From Octopus sinensis (Eukaryota), in contig NW_021832477.1 of the NCBI RefSeq assembly GCF_006345805.1, forward strand, positions 1 to 30,878: a DNA stretch of 30,878 nucleotides. The letters are read 5' to 3'. The notes beneath the pieces are model-generated. The model was given only the letters and a program-made list of their open reading frames with translations, did not search any database and was not told where the DNA came from. This document shows, in pieces, positions 21,442 through 30,878 of this stretch (its first letter is position 1; each line of letters opens with the position of its first letter). The position numbers were made by a program, and so were the translations under genes.

Positions 21442-21556
21442 CCCTTTCTCACTTTTCGGAGTGTCAAACTAATACACACATTGTTCATATATCTCTGTCG
21501 TCTTTTGTTTTTTGTAAATTTCATCTTTGTTTATATATGTATATAGATATATATAT

Positions 21557-21616
<60 letters not shown>

Positions 21617-21618
<2 letters not shown>

Positions 21619-21696
21619 TATATAGATAGATAGGTAGGTAGATAGATAGATAGATAGATAGATAGTAAGAGATAGATAGATAGATAGATAGATAGG

Positions 21697-21743
<47 letters not shown>

Positions 21744-21771
21744 GTAGATAGATAGATAGATAGATAGATAG

Positions 21772-21832
<61 letters not shown>
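21617..21832. repeat. (GATA)n microsatellite
   Basis: Seen directly. Further tracts at 27790-27904, 28300-28427 and 30829-30878. Confidence 0.97.
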
Positions 21833-21833
<1 letters not shown>

Positions 21834-22134
21834 CTTTCTTTTATTAGCCACACAGGGCTGAATACAGAGGGGACAAATACAAATGCAGAGCTTTTCTTTT
21901 CGAGGGTGGAAAAAAATAAAAAATGTAAGATTGCGATCAAAAGGGATCGAGAGGAGGAAAAAAAAGAAAAAAAAAGGAAATCGTGTATCACAGAAATAAT
22001 GATAAAAACATTGATATAACAAGATTGGGTTCATCCGTGGGAAGAAAAGCCTACAGAAAAGACCACGGGAACCTCAGTCAGGGAGGAAATAAACACATGA
22101 GATCAAAATGCTCTCTTTCTTTCTTATTTACGAT

Positions 22135-25100
22135 CTACAGGATCATGCTCAAAATGGTTTCGTTACTAGCACGCACCATCTTTGCAACATTCACCCATCT
22201 TTTTTTGAATCTTTCGCGAGACAAAACTTCCCTCTCCATTCTCACCTTCCTTTTCAAGTGGTACTTGAAAAAGTTGATGAGCGATTGGCCAGAGAAGTAA
22301 GTGTTTGTCTCTAATCCTTTCGCTCGGGTCCCCACACACATTCTTTCACCATGGCCACCAGTACGATGAAAACTGCCTTGCCTTCCCGGTTGAGGGAGGG
22401 GGCGGAGCAATTCTCACGATAGACTCGGCCGATAGGCGGATTCGTCCCACACGTGACAGCAGCCGTTCGGCATAAGCCCACAGGTCTGAAATGGTTGCAC
22501 ATTGCACGAGTGCGTGCAGAACGGTTTCGTCGCACTGACCGCATCTCGGGCAAGTCGGTCCAGTGTGTCTGGAACCGTGTCTGTAGAGCTTATCCCGAAC
22601 AGGTAATGCTTCTCGATAGCACTGCCAGGCCAGGGATCTTTGGTGGATTGTTCATAGGTCCCGGACCGAAAGTTGTCCTGAACAGCGGGTCAGGTGTTCC
22701 TCGTCGACGCCCAGACTCTGCCCGAGTTCGTCGTCGCACCTCCCCTCCACTAATCTCTATAGAATGCCTTTGTTGTGATGGAGTCGCACAAGTTCGATCC
22801 AGGACGGCAGAGTTGCTTGAGAGCAACGCGACACTCGCGGTGGCCATTCGCCTAGCCTCGGTCTCTGCTTGATCCATGACTGTAGTTCGTCCAAGGAGAC
22901 GAGCTGCGGGAAAGCGCGCCGCACAAAAGGTGACCACACCTGTTCACCGTTTCTATAAAGCGCCGGAGGTGTCGCAGTCTCAGCGCATGTCTGCGCATCA
23001 TCAACCACGGCATGCCCAGCCCTCCATTTAGCGGGTGTTGACAGCAAATGGATCGCCTAACCATCGGAACGCTTCCCTTCCACAAGAAGCGGAAGAGTAT
23101 ACGTTCAAGTTTGGTGATGGTAGGGTCGGGACAAGGCACAGCACGGGTCAGACGATACTCGATGACGGATGCCATGTACGCGTTCGCCACCTCCGCCCGA
23201 CCTTTTAGGGATAGCTTTCTCTCAGCCCATTTCTGGGTGAGAGTAGCCACCCTAGTCGTTATCTCGCCCCAGTTCTTTTCCATTGGAGGTCCGGGTCCGA
23301 CCGAACCAGACCCCGAGCAATTTAACCGGTCCGCCCGTCCATCGTCCCACGATGGAGACGCTGTTGGACGGCATGGGCCTGCTTCTCCAGGTGCCGAGCC
23401 GCAAGCCCACTGACTTTTCCCGGTTATTTTTGCTCCCGTTACCGCTTCGTATTCTTTTAGTGTCTCGCCGACCAGCTCGATGTGCTCGTAGCTCGACACT
23501 ATGACGGTGACGTCATCCGCGTATGCAGACAGCTCCTCCCGCATCCCAGCTCTCTCGTGGGATGCCCCTCAGCGTCGCCAGTTTCCGTAGTAGTGGCTCA
23601 AGAGTCAGTACATACAGCAGCGATGAGAGGGGGCATCCCTGACGAACCGAACGCATGATGTTAAAAGGTCTGGATAGATGACCATTTACGCGAACTACTG
23701 AGCGGATGCACGGCGCATGTTTGCGCCTTGTCGATTAGTTTCTTGATGACAAGCGCCAACCTCTCGGCTAACACCTTGGCCAAAATTTTCAAATCTGCGT
23801 TGAGCAGAGTGATGGGCCTGAAATTATCTATGACGTCCCCCTTGTTTGGGTCTTTCTTAATCAGTGTCACTGCTCCTCGCTTTACAAAAGCAGGAATACT
23901 CCCGTTTTGCTGCCAGTTGCAGTAGACAGCTGCCAAGACGCTCCAAACAAGTCTGGCATATGAAAATAAAGTTCGTAGGGCAGACCATCCAAGCCTGGTG
24001 ATTTGTCTCTCGCGCAGCCTACCATCGCATCCTGTACGTCCGCAGCTGTGATAGGCCTTTCACAAGACTCCACCTCTCTTGCTGAGAGTCGTGGCAAGGC
24101 ATGCAGGTAGGCACTAAAGTCCACTCTGCGTTCTGACTCACCACTTGTCCCAAACAGTTGGGTGAAGTGTTGTTGAAAAGCCCCACACATCCTTTTAGGC
24201 TCGAGCAATTCGCGCCCCTGTTCATCTATAAGGAGACTTGATGGTGTGGCCTGTTGCCTCGTTGCGTCTCCACCACTCGGCCTCTTGGGCGGCTCCAACT
24301 CCTTCGTTCCTCAGAGCACGCATCCTAGCTCTGACAACGCATCCCTCGTGTTTGGCGTTGAGGTGTTGGTCGAGGGTCAATCTCGCCGCCAGCACGTTGG
24401 ATGCGATGCCAGTTCTAAGTGCCTCTTCTAAAACCTTAACTAATTCTCCCTCTATTCTATTTCGGTCTAATGCTAGGGCTCTACTGTATCTGACTGATTC
24501 TGCTTTAATTGCTTTTTTTAGGGCATACCACCATCTGTTGTTGATGATGGTACCCGTCAAAGATCTCTTAACTAATGTGCTGATCCGGTCCCTGTAAACC
24601 TGTCGTGCTGTTAAAAGACGCGTTCAGTTTCCAGTAACCAGGACCCTGCCTATGTGTCAAGTGTACAAGTCACAAACTTGTGATCTGTGTAACTGACTAT
24701 ATGAAATTGTGGACAACCTACACTATTTTTATCTATTGTACTACAGAATACTCTATCTAAGTATGATCTGGACGACCCGATGCGGTTACTCCAGGTCCAC
24801 ATTGGCACATTCGGGTGGTCCAGTCGTCGGTACCTGTCAGACAGTTGGAAACGTCTGAGCAGGTCTTTGAGGCATTGCATCCCCTTCTATTGCTATCTCT
24901 GCCCACGTAGTCTAGATGCGTGTCCAGGGTGGCATCCAATCCCCCACTAAAAGTAAAGGACGAGACGTTCCCATGAAAGACTCTAGACGTTGAAAGAAAT
25001 CTGGTCGGCCTGTTAAGGACGGAGCATAAACTGCTATCAGTCGAAAAGCACACTCATGCTGCTATCGACATCCAAAACGACCCCTACCCTCCGGGTCTAG

Positions 25101-25356
25101 GAAATTTGCTCTTACTTGAGATCCAGACTCTTCCGGATAAGCACCGCGGTGCCACCTCCGCCCATTCTCGGTAGACACGGAGAAAAATAAATGTTGAAAT
25201 GTGTACCGAAAATGTGCTGGAGTGCCCGCAAGCTGTGGAGTCTGGTCTCACTGATGGCTATGATATTCAGATTTAGTGACTTGATGTCATTAACAGGTAG
25301 CCTTGTTTCCAAGGCGACCCCAAGCCACGTACATTTATACTGCCTATTCTGAGCAT
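22135..25356 (-). pseudogene. LINE ORF2: APE endonuclease, reverse transcriptase, C-terminal CCHC
   Basis: MLRIGSINVRGL, AISETRL, AVYAP, SYLDRVF, YTDHK (APE). KSPGLDGLP, FRPITLLNADLKILAKVLA, SVRQGCPLS, YADD (RT). CPRCGQCDETVLHALVQC. The RT segment containing DxxKAFD is deleted near 23708. Confidence 0.92.
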
Positions 25357-25527
25357 GTTCCGATAAAATTGTGTTTTACACACGAAAAGAAAGTGCAAAA
25401 AAGGAAAGAGAGAGAGAAAAGGTACTTGTTGTTCGAAAGTTCTTTGCCTTTCACCTCACGGTCTTCTCTATGAGGCTTTTGTAATGTTTTTTCGATGAAT
25501 ACTTTTGACATCTCCCTACTGACTGCA

Positions 25528-27463
25528 TCAGGGTAAAGAGATTTCAGGGTGCTGTATGTGTTCTGTGTTACGTGTATTATTTATGTGTTGTGGTGGTGTT
25601 GTGCGTGGGTGGTTACTTGTTTTTATGTCGTTCTCAGTAATGTTGGTTTTTGACCTAATGTGTTCCATTAGGCCGTGGTTGTCTGTGTTTATGGCTGTCA
25701 ACATTGTTGGGGGGTTTGATGGGATGTGTGTTGTGTTGATGTGTTTGTTTTCTGTGGATGTTTTTTTGTTTCGAGAGTGGTGTATCTTCCTGCTTTGTTT
25801 GTTATTTTTTCTTTCTTTTTTTCCCCCTTTTTCTTCTTCTCCCCCCCCCCTGTGGCTATTTGCCAATCTTCCGTGTCTTCTTCGTCTAATGACAAATCAG
25901 ACGAATCAGAGCCTTGAAGAGGGAAAATATTGGGGTCTATTGTCGACTGTGTTGATTTTGTTGTTGGTGTTGGTTGGTGAGCGTTTGGTTGTGGTGTATG
26001 CGGTTTTGGAGGTGGGGTGTGGGTATTTTGTGTTTGAGTGATTGTAGGTATTGTTGTGTTGTTTGGGGTCTCAATTTTGTGGGGATTTGGAGTTGTAATT
26101 GTCTCTTCATTTTCGCTGAGTGTCTTTTTGGCAGATGTCCTTGGTTTGGGAGTTGGTTTATTCTTGGTTGTTGTTGTTGGTGATGTTGCTTCTGTTCTTG
26201 GTGCTGCAGTTGGTGTGGTTGTTTGGTTGGTGAGGTTTGTTCCTGCAAAACGTGGTGTGGGTAGTAAACCTGGTTTATTTGTTTTTTTTCCGGCTGCTGT
26301 TGTTGTTGCTGTTGTTTTCTTGCGGCAGATTTGCAGTCTTTTTTTAGGTGTTGCTCACTGCCGCATATGTAGCAACATACAACTTGTGGTCGTCTGATAC
26401 ACATATCTGGGTGGGTATTTTTTTTATGTCTTCTTGATTTATATGTAGAAGAAATTCTACTTTTTTTCCCACCCAGTTTTTATGCTCCGTGACCGTGGTT
26501 TCCAAAATAGTGTAATTTTTAATTTTTGTACATAGGGCCTTTACTAGCCATAGATTATTGGCTATTTTGGGGACATTGTTTAAAGTGATCTTAGTCACTT
26601 TCTGTCCCCGATAGCTTGGTGTAAGTTGGAGTTCATCTGAATGAAGAGTTAGCGTTGAGAAATGTCTTGCTAACTCTTCAGTGTGGAAATCCACTTGTAT
26701 GTGTGCGAACTTGTTCCACCAGGTCACATAGTCTTTGTAGTTCCAGATGGGTTTCAAGCATTTTTCTATTTTGCTTGTGTTAGCCTTCTCTGGGCTTTTT
26801 GTTTTCTTATTAATTATTTTATAAATAATTGTTTCTTTTTTTTTCATCTTCCAATATTTCTTCTGGTATGTTTATCTTCACTATACCATCTAATTCTGTT
26901 ATTGTAATGTTCGTGTCCTGTATTTGTTGAGCCGTACAATATATTGTTGTTTTTTTTTTTCTTTAATCGCCTCAGCGAAATTTGTTGTTGTTTGTTATTG
27001 TTGTTGTGCTGTGGTGGATGTTGTTGGTTGGCTGCAGTTTGTAAAATTGGTGTGTTTGGTTCGATTGTGCCAAGTAGGAAGGGGTGGAAAATTATTTTCA
27101 TAATATCCCTGTATTGGTGGTTCATTTTTTTGTTTATTCACTTCAGTTCTTGTTGTTGGAGTAAAACAGGTCTGAACGGAATTGTTGTTGTGTTGTTGTT
27201 GTTGTTTTTGTTGTTGGTGGTGGTGTCAGTGGCAGAAGAGACAGCCGTGGCAGCAGAGGTCGAAATGGTGGCGCGCAATTTTTATTTTTGTTGTCATTGT
27301 TATTGTTGTTGCTGTTGGTAGCTGAGGTAGTGGATGAGGTGGCGGCGGTGGTGGTGGTGGTGGTGGTGAAGGCGGTGGTGGTAACAGTAGAAGTCTCTAT
27401 GTTGTCCTTGCTAGTGGCGGTGTTGGTGACAAGGCTATTAATACACGTAGTAGTAGCGTTCAT
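25528..27463 (-). pseudogene. LINE ORF1 (frameshifted), low-complexity T/N/Q-rich, with a CCHC knuckle
   Basis: Consecutive ORF pieces 27143..27463, 26844..27125, 26344..26847, 25937..26404 (CYICGSEQHLKKDC = C-X2-C-X4-H-X4-C) and 25528..25895. Confidence 0.75.
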
Positions 27464-27788
27464 TGCAAATCATTGATAATTTTACTTTGCGCGCAAAATT
27501 CTTTTTTTCTCCTAGCGTTTCCAGTCTAGGAGAAAGCTGTCGATAGAGGACGCGACCATCGTTCTACAATACAATTTCTTGACATTTTAAAATGTCAGAA
27601 AGAATTTACAAAAATTAAATGGGGTTGAAACTGCCCCTAGGGGCGAATTCCTCCCTTGGAAAAGCACTCAAACGAAAGTTGGGTGCCTTACACAACTTAT
27701 TTATAAAATTGTACACAAAAATTGGGCTATAAATAGTCAAAATAAAAGATTACCTTCGGAGTCGAAGCGATAGCACATCCATAGACAG

Positions 27789-27839
<51 letters not shown>

Positions 27840-27910
27840 GGGATAGATAGATAGATAGATAGATATAGATAGATAGATAGATAGATGATATAGATAGATA
27901 GATATAAACA

Positions 27911-28198
27911 CAGTGTACATTTAAACACATAAGAAGTATCCGTCATAGGATTCCTTGAACGCTAGAAGGAACAGCTAAAATCCAAACCGCTATTAGGGAT
28001 AATAATCGAAGGGATGAACATTATAAAACATTTACCTCTATCTCCTAGACAACGGATTCAAAATTTTTTAGCAAATAAAATTATATGCTAGGCGAAGTCT
28101 TCATCAGCAGGTACGCCTAGATTAAAACATATATGCATGAGGCAATCCCGCTTTTGCCTCTTATGTGATACCTCTTATGTGTTTAAATATGTACACTG
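27911..28198. mobile_element. MITE-like element with ~30-bp TIRs starting CAGTG
   Basis: CAGTGTACAT--TTAAACACATAAGAAGTATC versus GATACCTCTTATGTGTTTAAATATGTACACTG. CA rather than TA flanks both sides. Confidence 0.65.
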
Positions 28199-28299
28199 CA
28201 TTTATACGAATAATATATAGTCTATTGACAATTTTTTTTACACGTTAGGCCATTGGTAGTAAACATTCTAAGCTTTTTATTACCCTGTTATTGTTAATT

Positions 28300-28377
<78 letters not shown>

Positions 28378-28427
28378 TAGATAATAAGATAGATAGATAG
28401 GTATATAGATAGATAGATAGATAGATA

Positions 28428-30828
28428 TGTTGTTTATTAGCCACACAGAGCTGCACACAGACGTGAAAGATTACAAGGTAGAGCTTTTCTTTTTTAGGAA
28501 ATTAAAGGTGGGGTAGGTTTTCGATAAAAAGTGATCGTAAAGGGGAAAGAAGACAAAGAAAAAAGGAAAAGAAACAAAAGAAAAAATCGATCAATATGGA
28601 TTGTGTATCACACTGTCATGATGTAAGGTGTAATGGGGGAAGCAGATAAGTTTTATTCGTGGGAATAAAAGCCTACGGAAAAGACCACGGTAACCTCGGT
28701 CAATATGTTACATGTTACCACATTTTTTTTCAAGTAACCCTCACTTTTGAATTTCCAGTTTCATAGGATAATACTCAAGCTGGCTTCGTTATTCATACGT
28801 GCCATCCTTGCTACATTCACCCATCTTTTTTAAAACATCGCTAGACAAAACTTGCCTTTCTACTCTTCACTTTCCTTTTCAAAAGATACCTGAATATGTT
28901 GATAAGAGATTGACCAGAGAGGAAAGTGTTTGTCTCCAATCCTTCATACGCGTCCACCAGATACCTTCTTTCGCCATATGATGAAAGTAGCTCTTCCTTC
29001 CTGTTTGAAGGTAGGAGGCGTGACAATATTGACGATAGACTCGGCTGATAAACCGACTCGTCCCACTCGTGACAGCAGTTGTTCGACATAAGCCCACAGG
29101 TCGGAAATGGTTGGACAGTGCACGAGTGCGCGCAGAACGATTTCGTCGCTCTGACCGCATCTCGGGCAGGTCGGCCCCGTGTTCCTCGAGCCGTGTCTGT
29201 AGAGCTTATTCCGAAGAAGTAGCGATTCTCGGTAGCACTGCCATATCAGGGACCTCTGGAGGTTGTCAATGGGCCCTGGCCCAAAAGTCGTCCTGAACAG
29301 GCGGTCACGTATTCCTCGTCGACGTCCAGGTTCGCCCCGAGCTCGTCGTCGTACCTACCCTCCCTAATCCCCTATAGAAGGCTTGGGTTGTGGTGTTCCA
29401 TGGTCCGACCCGGGATGGCATAGTTGCTTGACAGCAACGCGACACTGGCGGTGCCATTCGCTCTTTCTCGGCCTCTTTTTGATCCACGACTGCAGTTCGG
29501 TCATGGAGGCGAGTTGCCGAAAGCGTGCCTCAGAAACAGCGACCACACCTGTTCACCGTCGTCTACATAGACCCTGAGATGTCGCAGTCTTAGCGCGTGT
29601 CTGTGCATCATCAAACACGGCATGCCCAGTCCTCCTTTCAACGGGTGTTGACAGCAAATGGATCGCCTGACCATCGGGACGCATCCTTTCCACAAGACGC
29701 GAAAGAGAATACGCTCTAGATTGGTGATAGTAGGGTCGGGACAAGGCACGACGGTCAGACGGTAGTAGATGACGTACGCGATGTACGAGTTGGCCACCTC
29801 CGCCCAAACTTTTAAGGAGTTTCTTCTCGGCCCATTGCCGGGCGAGAGTGACCACCCTACTCATTATCTCGTTCTAGCTCTTCTCCATTTGGAGGTCCGG
29901 AACAAACCAGACCCCGAAAAACTCGACCGGACAGTCGGTCCAGCGTCCCACGACGGAGGTGCTGGTGGACGGCATGGGCTTGCTCCTCCAGGTACCGAGT
30001 CGCAAACCCACTTGTTTTTCCCGGTTGATTTTCGCTCCTGTCAGTATCGATGGTCTACCCTATCCAAAGCTTTCGATTGATCCAAATTGATCAGCGCCCC
30101 ACCCATGCCAGGTTTCTTAACTACCCTGTCTATGATGTAGCACATCAGGTGGAGGTTGTCATTGATGCTCCGGCCCGGCACGGCGCATGTTTGCGCCTTG
30201 TCGACCAGTTTCTCGATGACAAGCACCAAAATTTTCAAGTGATGGGCCTAAAGTTATCTATTACATTCCCCTTGTTTAGATCTTTCTTCAGCAGAGTTAC
30301 GGCTCCTCGGATAACAAAACCAGGAATGCTCCCGTTTTGCTACCAGTTGCAGTACACCGCTGCCAAGACGTCTCCAAACAAGTCTGGCATACAACTGTAA
30401 AGCTCGTAGGGTAGACCAACCAAACCCGGCGACTTGTCACTCGAGCATTCTGCGATCGCGTCCCGCACTTCCGCCGCCTTGATGTCACCTTCGCAGCGCC
30501 CTGCCTCTCTTGTCGAGAGTCGTGGTATGCTGTGTAGGTAGGCACTGAAGTCCACCCTACGCTCTTGCCTGCCACTCGTCCCGAACAGTCGGGCAAAATG
30601 CCGTTGGAAAGCGTCTCACATTTTACTTGACTCGAGCAATTCGCGCCCCTGTTCATCTACGAGAGATTGAATTGTGGGTTTATTGCCCTGTTGCGCCTCT
30701 GCCACCCGGGCTTCCCTCGCGGCTCTAACACCTTCGTTCCTTAGAGCACGCACCCTAGCTGTGACAACACACCCTTCGTGTTTCGCGTTGAAGTGTTGGT
30801 CGGGAGCCAACACGCCGCCAAAACGTCG

Positions 30829-30831
<3 letters not shown>
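28428..30831 (-). mobile_element. Second L1/Tx1-type LINE, 5'-truncated, a diverged subfamily of the first, flanked by (GATA)n
   Basis: DKSPGLVGLPYELY; AQTCAVPGRSINDN..LDQSKALDRVDH; deletion removing QG/YADD near 30042; homologous C-terminal CCHC region; stop at 28761-28763. The 3' end is AATAAACAACA-(TATC)n. Confidence 0.9.

Positions 30832-30878
<47 letters not shown>

Larger units (their letters stand above)
21833..27788 (-). mobile_element. Near full-length L1/Tx1-type LINE (decayed), flanked by (GATA)n
   Basis: ORF1 with a CCHC knuckle and ORF2 with APE-RT-CCHC. The 3' UTR ends AATAAAAGAAAGT-(TATC)n. The 5' boundary is uncertain between about 27560 and 27788. Confidence 0.88.

Noticed and set aside
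22453-23504. Plus-strand ORFs over the LINE (e.g. 22453..22872, 23048..23413)
   Set aside because: Antisense shadows of GC-rich ORF2.
28088-28125. Minus-strand CTGATGA inside a CTAGGCG/CGCCTAG stem as a hammerhead
   Set aside because: No GAAA and no helix I; only a hairpin with a core-like heptamer.

Overview
AT-rich, microsatellite-dense eukaryotic DNA made almost entirely of transposon relics. The style is cephalopod/Octopus-like, which is an inference from repeat content and remembered SINE motifs. No intact host gene or RNA gene is supported. In order: a 204-bp tandem duplication; a decayed Helitron interrupted by a decayed Mag-type Gypsy LTR element; two Penelope-like elements (PLEs) with C-terminal GIY-YIG endonuclease; mariner (DD34D-type) and maT (DD37D) fragments; SINE-like repeats; several foldback structures; 780-bp and 492-bp tandem arrays; and two minus-strand L1/Tx1-type LINEs embedded in (GATA)n. 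The main unannotated layer is RNA structure. Six complete type-I hammerhead ribozyme (HHR) folds lie on the + strand, plus decayed or half copies. One HHR carries a compensatory A3-U8 core swap. Two lie in a non-coding 492/493-nt tandem array whose 5' boundary coincides with the predicted self-cleavage site, as expected of a retrozyme-like RNA. All folds were derived by eye and none has been tested for activity.
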